Source: Perna viridis (lineage: Eukaryota). Taken from it: a DNA stretch of 64,000 nucleotides. The notes under the pieces were generated by a model. That model was not told the origin of the DNA and made no database searches. It saw only the letters and a list, made by a program, of their open reading frames with translations. The translations under genes and the position numbers were made by a program. Shown in pieces: positions 36,001-48,000 of the stretch. The stretch lies in contig CM074516.1 in NCBI GenBank assembly GCA_037379345.1, forward strand, positions 1,612,001-1,676,000, given 5' to 3'. Each line of letters starts with the position of its first letter. Position 1 is the first letter of the stretch.

Positions 36001-39000
36001 CTACTTCCTTTGGAAGTATTTATTGACATATATTATCATTTATTCAGTCAGGACATGGAACAAGTGTGTTGTTACTTGTGTGTAACAAAATACGTTAATT
36101 TATTTTAAATATATACTTATTTTGTTTGTTTGTTTACACATTCATTCTTCTTTTTGTATTTATTCATTCATTCATCATTTTGATTATCAATACATGTAAG
36201 TGAAGGTTTGATGTGTTCATACTTGAACAGAGGGGTTCATTATTTTTTTTTTTAATTGCAGACACTGTGAGCAATGTTAATTACTGATATTTTCACCTTG
36301 TTTTGGATTGCTGTTAGGCTTGATGAGCTGTAGCACAGATCCTAGGCCTCTGTTGTTACAGCTCCTCAAATCTATCAATCTCTTCAAGCTTACAGTATAT
36401 GGGCATACAGTCAAATGTACGGATGAATGATACATTAATTTTGCATTTTATTTGTGATAATAACACATCCTTTCTAGGTGTACATTGCATGTAAAATAAT
36501 ATGATATGATGTTCATGCCAATCAGTATGCACAAAAAATTTGAATGTACAACATAATCAGTTGAATTTTGAATTTCAGAATTGATAAAATATTATGATTT
36601 TTGATTAATCTCCCTCTTTACTAGAGGTTTTTGTACAAGCTATGGTTGTTCTATCCATAAGTAGTCACACACACAAGAAGGATACAAGTATATTAAATTA
36701 ATATGATATCTTCTTGAGTACATTTCTTGCTACTTATTTTCCTATGTTGTTGACTACATAACACATATTGATTAATTTCCAATTACTTGAGTACTCAGTT
36801 GCTCAACTCTTACAAGTTACAGCATATTTATGTACATGTTTTCTAAAAACAAATGAATTCATTCTCTTATTGAAATATTTGCCATCAATCTGAACTAATT
36901 TTTAGAAACTTCTACAAACAAAATGTCCTATCTTGAGTGTGTGAGTTTAAGAGAATCTGTTTTTCTTAATTTTTTTGGATACTTTTTGTTAAATTCACTG
37001 TCTTGTGTAAAAGGTTATCAAATTTCATTTGTAGTAATGAGTAGTTGTGTAGAAAAATTATCAATGAATGTAAGAGGCCTACAATCAAATATTAAGAAAA
37101 GAGTAGACATTTTTAATTGGGTAAAAAAAAATGCATCCATTATTTGTTTACAAGAAACCCATAGCACTGAGGTGGTAGAAAAGAAGTAGGAAGATGAGTG
37201 GGGTCATAAGTGCTATTTCAGTCATGGTGATAGTAAGGGTGCCGATGTATGTAATTTGTTCAAGCCAGGTCTTCAATATGACGTCCATAATTCAATCATT
37301 GATCAACATGGTAGATATATCATACTAGATATAACTACCTTTGAGCACAGATTTACTTTTGTATGTTTGTATGGTTATAATTTAGATAGACCTGACTTTT
37401 TTGATGAAGTTCTGTTTCATGCTGTTAAATTCAGCAATACAAGCTATATATTCCGTGGAGACTGGAATGTAATGCAGGACAGGTATGATGATACCTGTGA
37501 TGTACTGCATGACAGGAACCCAAAAGCTAGAGACAAGATAGAGGAAATAAAAAGCTCCTTAGGAATGCTAGACCCATAGAGAACATGTTATCCTGATGAA
37601 AAAAGGTTTACATGGCATCAGTCTAGTCCTTAAAAACAGAGCAGAATAGATTATTTTCTTGTTTCTGTGGATATTTTTTGTTTGCTAAAATCAGCAAAAA
37701 TTGAGGCTGGATACAGAATTGATCATTCTGCAATCACTTTTTCATTCACAGCATCCTTTTCCTGCTGAGAGATAAAGATTATTGTCATCTTATCAAGCAA
37801 TGCATCAGAGACTTGATTGATGAGTACTATGCTGGTGGTGACAAATCTGATCTATTACAAGTGGAGTAATCCTGTAGTGATCAATTATTCTTTGAAGTAT
37901 TAAAAATGAAGATCAGAAGTGAGACCATCAGTTATGGTATTAAAAATCAAAACAATTTAGTAGATTAGAGACAGAAATGGAGCAATTAGAAAAAGATGTA
38001 AACAAAAATTATTCAGAAAACTTATCATTGTCTTTGAATAAGAAAAAACTTGAGTTAGAAATTCAAAGACAAAATCTTGTTGAAGGCATTGTTCTCCGTT
38101 CTCATGCAAATTGGCATGAGAGTGGAGAGAGATGCACAGAATATTTTTGTAAGTTAGAAAAAAGGGCATCTATGAACAAAATTATGACTGAGACAATTAG
38201 TGATGATGGTATATGTGTGTCAGATCAAAAGAAAATATCTGAACTGACACAATTTTACCAAAAAATATTTAAATCTTCCCACAAACCCATAGAAAACTTA
38301 GATTTTTTTAAGCATGTCAATCAGATGAATGAAGAACAAAAAAATTCATGTGAAGGTAATCTGACATTTGATGAGTGTAGTAAAGTGTTGAGCAGGATGC
38401 AAAATGGAAAAAGTCCTGGCTCTGATGACCGAATTTCTCACATTTGTGGAAAATTTTCTCAGATATAAAATAGAGACTGGTATAAGGACCTATTAGTCTT
38501 TGTCAGCCCAGTATAGACTATCTCTATATTAGAGACTCGTATAAGGACCTATTAGTCTTTGTCAGCCCAGTAAACACAATCTCTATAATAGAAACTGGTA
38601 TAAGGACGTATTAGTCTTTGTCAGCCCAGTAAAGACTATCTCTATAATAGAGACTCGTATAAGGACCTATTAGTCTTTGTCAGCCCAGTAAAGACTATCT
38701 CTATATCAGAGACTGGTATAAGGAACTATTAGTCTTTGTCAACCCAGTAGAGACTATCTCTATATTTGTGTATTAATATAGTGTTTGTATGGTTTTATCT
38801 TTATATAACATAAAATCTGCCTAAATGGTTAAACACTAAATCTTCCTCATACCTTTCAAACGTTTCTGGACTCTATCTTTTTGTTCGTCTGAAAAAAGAA
38901 ATTGACAACATATTAATACTAGAAAAACAGGAACATCAAAAATAAAGAATAAGGGGACTTAAGATGGACCTGACTGCATAAGGAATATTCCTTTCCATCC

Positions 39001-42000
39001 TATAAAACAGATCTCAGTATGAAATACATTTTCAGCCTAACAACAATGTTAAGCAAACGTTTTTGCCATTTATGATTAGAATTAAGGGGGGGGGCTATTT
39101 GCAATTATAACCTTATGAACATTTGTGTCATGATAGGCTCATCCCCCCCCCCCCAAAAAGAAGTACTTACAAATATAAATTATATATCAAATGTTATGGC
39201 CAAGTTTACCCTTATAATACAGGGATTTTGTACCATGTTAAGACTTATTATGAATGAGATGTTTTAGTAGCAACACAGTGATTTTTGTTCTTATTATGGT
39301 ACAGTTTAACTTGTGAAAATAAAAGCTTTACCCAGTGCAGCATGATATGACTGCAAACAGTTAAACTCTATTCATTTCAGGCAGGTTCGGATACAATATC
39401 AGTTTTTGACACACTTAAACATGGAGCCTTACAAGTCATTTTGGACACAACAACTGATTTGGGTACAATGTTGCACAACATTTAGTAATTCAATTTAAGT
39501 ACAAATTTCTTTTTTCGGGTGCATTTATGGATCAATTTGTTCCTCATTATCTCAAAAACAGTAAATGATCGAGTACATTTGCTAAGCATACTTCTTATGG
39601 CTCTTATACTTAGGTGGGGACTTTCATAAGGAACAAGAGGCTCCCAGAAACTTGAATCTCTCTCCTGATTAAATTGTTGTCTTTCAAGGGCATTAACTCT
39701 AACAAAGAGTTGTCCAACAATTTGGATTCAGAAAACTTCGGTAGGACTAATCATAAAGATCATTTCAGCAATTACAAGATTTTTTCTATCTATTATAGTT
39801 TTCAAGATATTGGCTGAAAAGTGCTAAAACATCATTTTTCGCCTTTCACTGGCAATAATTCTAACAAGGATTTCTCTGACAGCTTTGATTCCACACAAAC
39901 TTTTGTAGGCCTAATATTATAAGGATCATTTAGGCAATTGAAAGAACTTTGCTAAACCTAACGGTACTAGAGATATCAGAAAAACTTCTGACTGCTACTT
40001 TTGTTCTATTTTTAGTAAGAGACCATGTTTTTCAACGGACCAATTTTCCCAACATCAGATCTCATCATGGTGAACACTTTCAGCCCCTCCCAGAATTTGG
40101 TTAAACCTAACAGTTTTGGAGATATATGCAAAAAACTGCTGTCTGACCCCTACGTTCTATTTTTAGTAACAGTGGCCATGTTTTTTTTTCACGATCAAAA
40201 ATCCAAATATTCATTTTATGCAGGATACCATAATAAACAAAAAACTAACTTTCATTGAAGTATGTATAGTAATTTCTGAGAAGATTTTTGTAAGTACATG
40301 TAATAACATCAAAAACAGCAAAAAAAGTACAAAAAGGGCATTAACTCCAATAACTTTAATGGATGCCAAATGATAGCAATAGCTCATATGGTCTACGGCC
40401 GGGTGGGCTAAAAACTGCTGTCTGACCCCTATGTTCTATTTTTAGTAACAGTGGCCCTGTTTGTTTACCGATCTCAAACCCAAACGGTCATTTTGTACAA
40501 GGATACCCTAAAAAAACAGTAATACATGTTCCAACTTTCATAGAATTTCTGAAGAGAAGATTTTTGAAAGTAATTTTTTTGCAGGATACCCCAAGGAACA
40601 TAAAATACCCAGTTTGGTTTCAATTGGTCAAGTAGTGTCAGAGGAGAAGATTTATTATAGAAATAACATTAAAAATAGCAAAAAATCACTGAAAAAAGGC
40701 AGTAACTCCAACATGTTTCAACAGATTAAAACCAAAATTTGACCGCAGGTAGATCTCATCATGCTGAACACTTTTACCTAGTCAGAATTTAGCTTGAAAA
40801 AATTTAAGATGGCTGACATAGTGGTCACATAAGTATCAGCTCTCAGACTTTTTGGCAATTTGGAAATGTTTAAAAACAGGAATGATATTAAAATTTATAT
40901 GAGGATGTGTATAATTTTTTTCTCTTTTATGTGATGCTTGTGGAATTGAAATATCAGTTGGAATAATAAAATCTGCACTAATTAATGATAAAATCTGGAT
41001 GGACAGTGAGTAAAAATCAGAACTAGATCTTATTTTGCAAGTGCCTACAGGAATATTTACTTTAAAAGTACTACAGCTATTGTTCACAAGACTTACTTTA
41101 AGATGCCTTCAGGAAGTAGTAGTAGAAATTCATCCAATAATGAAAAAGACAAATCTGGCAAGAGATCAGAAAAGAAAACTTTTCAGACCTTATTGGCAGT
41201 GTAAGGACAAAGAATCAGCTGACAAAAACCCTAAAGGAACTCATTAAGATATTTCTATGGACAGTAGTTCTGATCTGATAGTAGAATTCAGTAATTTTCA
41301 AAAGGACTTACAATCCATCAAGAATAGCCTGAAGGATGTAGTAAAAAAAACAGACCTTGAACAGTCCTTAGGCAAAATTGTAAAGAAAGGGGATTTAGAA
41401 ACAGTTGTTACCTCTATTGTCACCGAATTGATCAATCAAGCCAAAAATGATAGTGATGGAAAGTTAAGAGAAAAGACAAACAAACAAACAAAAGCTATTG
41501 AGGAACTTACCGCTGAAAATGAAAAGCTGAGAGAGGCAATTGCTGAACAAAATAAAACTATTAGGGAACTTAAAATGGAAGTTGCTAGTAACAAAACTGC
41601 AGTAACAGATGCACTTCAGATAGCTAACTACAATCAGCAATATTGCAGGAAATTTAATATCAAAGTGATGAACTTTCCAGAAAGTCCAACAGAAAACACC
41701 AAGGACTTGTTTATCAATGAGACTCAAAATCACAGTGAAATCTGAAGATATCCAAGCTATCCATAGAATACCTGGTCAAAACAAACAACACAGACCAATT
41801 CTTGTGAAACTCAGGAACTCTGAAGTAAAGTACAACATAATGAAAGAAAAAAAGAACCTCCCATTGGAAAAGACATTCAACTTAGCTGATGATGTTACAA
41901 AGCACAATATGGATTTGATTTCCAAACTTAGAGATGACAAAGATGTGGACAGTGCTTGGTACTTTAATTGTGCAGTTTATGCAATGATTAAGTCATCAGG

Positions 42001-45000
42001 AAAACAAATGAAATTTGATATCTGTGATGACATTCGTAAGAAATTAAATACATATTATGGGTAATTTGCTTACTAGTTTCCCTACTTCCTTTGGAAGTAT
42101 TTATTGACATATATTATCATTTATTCAGTCAGGACATGGAACAAGTGTGTTGTTACTTGTGTGTAACAAAATATGTTAATTTATTTTAAATATATACTTA
42201 TTTTGTTTGTTTGTTTACACATTCATTCTTCTTTTTGTATTTATTCATTCATTCATCATTTTGATTATCAATACATGTAAGTGAAGGTTTGATGTGTTCA
42301 TACTTGAACAGAGGGGTTCATTATTTTTTTTTTAATTGCAGAAACTGTGAGCAATGTTAATTACTGATATTTTCACCTTGTTTTGGATTGCTGTTAGGCT
42401 TGATGAGCTGTAGCACAGATCCTAGGCCTCTGTTGTTACAGCTCCTCAAATCTATCAATCTTTTCAAGCTTACATTATATGGGCATACAGTCAAATGTAT
42501 GGATGAATGATACATTAATTTTGCATTTTATTTGTGATAATAACACATCCTTTCTAGGTGTACATTGCATGTAAAATAATATGATATGATGTTCATGCCA
42601 ATCAGTATGCACAAAAAATTTGAATGTACAACATAATCAGTTGAATTTTGAATTTCAGAATTGATAAAATATTATGATTTTTGATTAATCTCCCTTTTTA
42701 CTAGAGGTTTTTGTACAAGCTATGGTTGTTCTATCCATAAGTAGTCACACACACAAGAAGGATACAAGTATATTAAATTAATATGATATCTTCTTGAGTA
42801 CATTTCTTGCTACTTATTTTCCTATGTTGTTGACTACATAACACATATTGATTAATTTCCAATTACTTGAGTACTCAGTTGCTCAACTCTTACAAGTTAC
42901 AGCATATTTATGTACATGTTTTCTAAAAACAAACGAATTCATTCTCTTATTGAAATATTTGCCATCAATCTGAACTAATTTTTAGAAACTTCTGCAAACA
43001 AAATGTCCTATCTTGAGTGTGTGAGTTTAAGAGAATCTGTTTTTCTTAATTTTTTTGGATACATTTTGTTAAATTCACTGTCTTGTGTAAAAGGTTATCA
43101 AATTTCATTTGTAGTAATGAGTAGTTGTGTAGAAAAATTATCAATGAATGTAAGAGGCCTACAATCAAATATTAAGAAAAGAGTAGACATTTTTAATTGG
43201 GTAAAAAAAAATGCATCCATTATTTGTTTACAAGAAACCCATAGCACTGAGGTGGTAGAAAAGAAGTGGGAAGATGAGTGGGGTCATAAGTGCTATTTCA
43301 GTCATGGTGATAGTAAGGGTGCCGATGTATGTAATTTGTTCAAGCCAGGTCTTCAATATGACGTCCATAATTCAATCATTGATCAACATGGTAGATATAT
43401 CATACTAGATATAACTACCTTTGAGCACAGATTTACTTTTGTATGTTTGTATGGTTATAATTTAGATAGACCTGACTTTTTCGATGAAGTTCTGTTTCAT
43501 GCTGTTAAATTCAGCAATACAAGCTATATATTCCGTGGAGACTGGAATGTAATGCAGGACAGGTATGATGATACCTGTGATGTACTGCATGACAGGAACC
43601 CAAAAGCTAGAGACAAGATAGAGGAAATAAAAAGCTCCTTAGGAATGCTAGACCCATGGAGAACATGTTATCCTGATGAAAAAAGGTTTACATGGCATCA
43701 ATCTAGTCCTTAAAAACAGAGCAGAATAGATTATTTTCTTGTTTCTGTGGATATTTTTTGTTTGCTAAAATCAGCAAAAATTGAGGCTGGATACAGAATT
43801 GATCATTCTGCAATCACTTTTTCATTCACAGCATCCTTTTCCTGCTGAGAGATAAAGATTATTGTCATCTTATCAAGCAATGCATCAGAGACTTGATTGA
43901 TGAGTACTATGCTGGTGGTGACAAATCTGATCTATTACAAGTGGAGTTATCCTGTAGTGATCAATTATTCTTTGAAGTATTAAAAATGAAGATCAGAAGT
44001 GAGACCATCAGTTATGGTATTAAAAATCAAAACAATTTAGTAGATTAGAGACAGAAATGGAGCAATTAGAAAAAGATGTAAACAAAAATTCTTCAGAAAA
44101 CTTATCATTGTCTTTGAATAAGAAAAAACTTGAGTTAGAAATTCAAAGACAAAATCTTGTTGAAGGCATCGTTCTCCGTTCTCATGCAAATTGGCATGAG
44201 AGTGGAGAGAGATGCACAGAATATTTTTGTAAGTTAGAAAAAAGGGCATTTATCAACAAAATTATGACTGAGACAATTAGTGATGATGGTATATGTGTGT
44301 CAGATCAAAAGAAAATATCTGAACTGACACAATTTTACCAAAAAATATTTAAATCTTCCCACAAACCCATAGAAAACTTAGATTTTTTTAAGCATGTCAA
44401 TCAGATGAATGAAGAACAAAAAAATTCATGTGAAGGTAATCTGACATTTGATGAGTGTAGTAAAGTGTTGAGCAGGATGCAAAATGGAAAAAGTCCTGGC
44501 TCTGACGACCGAATTTCTCACATTTGTGGAAAATTTTCTCAGATATAAAATAGAGACTGGTATAAGGACCTATTAGTCTTTGTCAGCCCAGTATAGACTA
44601 TCTCTATATTAGAGACTTGTATAAGGACCTATTAGTCTTTGACAGCCCAGTAAAGACTATCTCTATATCAGAGACTGGTATAAGGACCTATTAGTATTCT
44701 ATTGAAATATTACAAGCACAAATCGCAAACTTTAAAAGCCAAATCATTTAAAAATCAAGTACACCAACCAGCACATGATAAATGTACAAGTAATAATGTG
44801 CTAGTAAGTTATTTAGAAAATGAAAATGAAGTTTTAAGGGAACAGATGGATGAGTTGTTGAAAAGTAAACATGTTCAATTTTTTAAAGATGGAAAATATG
44901 TTGACTGTGTACGTGAGGTATATGCCACACTTTTATCCATGAACGTTGGAGTGAAGAATGTAGAAACAATTGTTAAAACGGTGTTAGATAAAATGGTTGG

Positions 45001-48000
45001 AATTAAATTTGATAGGCTTCCTAAGAAAACATTTGCAGAGTACATGTTTGTTGAGGCTAAACTGTTAGCCCAATTTCAGGCTGCAGAAGCAATGCTTAGC
45101 AGCGATTTTAACACTTTACACACTGATGGTACCAAAAGAAAAGGCAGAGAGTATGGGGGTGTTCAGGTTGGCACATCATCAGGTCAGTATACTTTAGGTT
45201 TGAGTGAACTTGTAAGTGGAAACACTGAAAACTTTGTTAAATTGATAGATCAAGTTCTATTTGATATGGGAAATTTATTGGAAAAAAACCATGATGATGT
45301 TAAAGCTAGAAAAGCAGAACTCCTTTTATCTATCAAAAACTTAATGACAGGCACATCGTAAATTCTTGTTTGAAGGATTGTTTAGAAAAAATGAAAGTAG
45401 AATGTATGCCTGAAGATGATGACACCCCAGCTGATATAAAAAAGAAAGTTGCTAAATTGAATGGTTTTAAATGTAACCTCCATGTAATTGTGAATTTTGC
45501 ATCTCAGGCAGAAGCAGGGTTGAAGCAATGGGAAAAAAATGTTACAAATTTTGATGATGAGTGTCCACAAAAATTTACTTATAATCAATGTACAACTGAC
45601 TTTATCAAAGCTTCTTGTAAGCTCTGTGTTCCAGGTGCAGATGAAAAATCTGGCTATGGACTACTATTTCAAACTTTTTTGAATGAATTAGACATACATT
45701 TAAAGATGACCACTTTTCATGGACATCGTATTAATTTGCTTTTTGTCATGGGTGCTGCTGTTTTTTATCATAGAGATAATATTAAAGAGTTTATTGAGTG
45801 TTATTTTGAAAAAGAGAAAAGAAATGGTTTAGTCAATGCGGTATACAAATACTTATCTAATCCAGTATACTTAGCTGGTTGCAGGGCATTTGGTATTGTT
45901 GATAAACTATTAACTGGGCCTTTATGGCGAATAATAGAAAACACAGATCATATTTTAGATCTGAATGAAGTATGGGTCAAGGTTAGGTCATTTCTTGAAA
46001 TTTATTCTCAAGATGCCTCAGAGTTGATTCATGGCAAAATTTTATTTGATAATTTTACGAATGAAAAGGATGAAGTTTTTGATTGTTTGTTTGATGTTGA
46101 TGATGATGATTTTAATGTTCTCACTATAGAAGCTTTACAAATTATTTTGTTGAATTTTCAATTAGTACTTGAAAGGCAGTTGAGTGACTGTCTTCTAGGT
46201 GGCTGTTTAAATGAAAACACTGAAGGGGTTGATAAAAATCTCAGGGAGCAATCTAAAACAGTAGCTACTACAAATATCATATCAGAAAGAGACTTTGCTA
46301 ATTTAGACCGTTTGCAAAGAGAAAAGCCAAATGCAAACTTGATTGCCCTTGAGGGTATGATTTTATTTACAAATAATAAAACAATTAATTGGTTGTCGAA
46401 TTTAGAAGAAGAAAAAGAATGTGAATATTTTAGATTAGCAAGAAGTAAAACTCCAGAGGTTATTAGAAAGTTTAAGGAAAGAAAAATTTTAATTCAAAGG
46501 CAACATCAATTACTCTTAAAAAAGAGAGAGGATGAGAAATTGTCTAAACATTTAATGAAACAGAAAGAAGTAGAAAAAATTTCAAAAGATATTCAATTGA
46601 TAGGTGGTTTGTGGCAAAATTGTAATGACATCAACAATAATTTATTGATGTTGTCAACTCAAAATGAAAAAATTGAGGCAGTAAAAACGCAACTCAAGTT
46701 TAGGAAAAAGGTATTGGGTATGATTGTTGATGACAGAACACTATTTCAGTTTTCCTCAAGTAATGTACAGTTTTCATTGGAAAAACTTGTATCAAATTTA
46801 AAATGTTTAATAGAGCAGCCTACTACTTCTAATGATCAACTTGAAACAGAGTCTGAATATTCATTTTTTAATTTTAGTATAAAAAGTAAAGAGGAAAGAG
46901 AGGCTATTATGCAAGAACAAAGAGAGGTTGTCCAAAAAAAAATAAATTCCATTAAGAATAAGAAAAGTTCAGTTTCTGAATCAGTTACTAAAAAAATAAG
47001 AAAGGCAAACACATATTACTGCTCTAGTTCAGACATTGATTCTGATAATGATACACATGAATCTAATTGTGATAATGTTTCTAAGAACTCATATGTTCCC
47101 AAGCCTTTTTCTATTAGAGTTGGACAGAATGTTGCTGTTGCTTATATGGATACTTAGTATCCAGGTCAAGTTTTATCATGTAAGAATGATATGCTTGTTG
47201 TAGTTAAATTTATTTTGCCATCTAACCTTAAGAAAAATGTTTTCAAATGGCCCAACAAAGACGACATTAGTGTTGTTGAAAATTTTTTTATCTTTTATTC
47301 AGATTTTGAGATCAACCCCAAGGACACCAGTGGTAGAACCTGGTTTTTAACACAGTTTGAATTTATTTGTTCTGAATATAAAAAGTATTATGATGAATAT
47401 TTTTCCTAGGTCTTTGTGTATGACGTGTACACTTATTCAAGAAAATTAATATCTGTTATACTTTCAGTAGTACAATGATTTTACCATTTTTTTTATCTAT
47501 TCATAGCATCTAGTACACATACTAAATTAATGAACTTTTCTTGTAGAGAATCCTTGGACTTTCCATATAGATGTAATTGCTGTTTTTATAGGAAAATCAT
47601 AAGTTATGTTGTAGAGAAACTGACCTCATGCATCATATCTGCTATCATAAAATGCATGTATTATTCTTAATTAAGACACCTAAAAAATTAGACATTTTTT
47701 ATGTCTTGACATAACTGTTGTAGTGGTTTTATCAGATTAATATTTTGAAAATTAAATATCTTTTCTATTAAAATATCACACCATTTAAAAAACATAAGGT
47801 CAGTTTCACTGCAAAAGTACTGCATTGACTCAATTTTTTATCATGTCATGTTGTATTTACATTCTTACATGTGTATACTGATTTTTCTTGTAATTATTTC
47901 TTGCAATTACAACAGATATTCTTACTAACTGATATTTAAATAGATTTTTATATTTCTTTTTCATTAGATTTGGTTTGTCTTGACTCACTGTATGATCATG

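Larger units (their letters stand above)
32348..38430. repeat. ~6.08-kb segmental tandem repeat, copy 2 (6083 bp; recombinant of copies 3 and 1)
   Basis: Near-identical to copies 1 and 3. Diagnostic variants switch from copy-3 type to copy-1 type near 36.1-36.3 kb. Confidence 0.97.

Noticed and set aside
44427-44508. 82-bp target-site duplication of a novel transposon type
   Set aside because: The insert begins with the start of the tandem unit, so a deleted fourth repeat copy explains it more simply.
31104-47157. APOBEC-like hypermutation (TGG to TAG at 31104, 31494 and 47155)
   Set aside because: Only three independent sites, noticed because they create stops; compatible with ordinary transitions.
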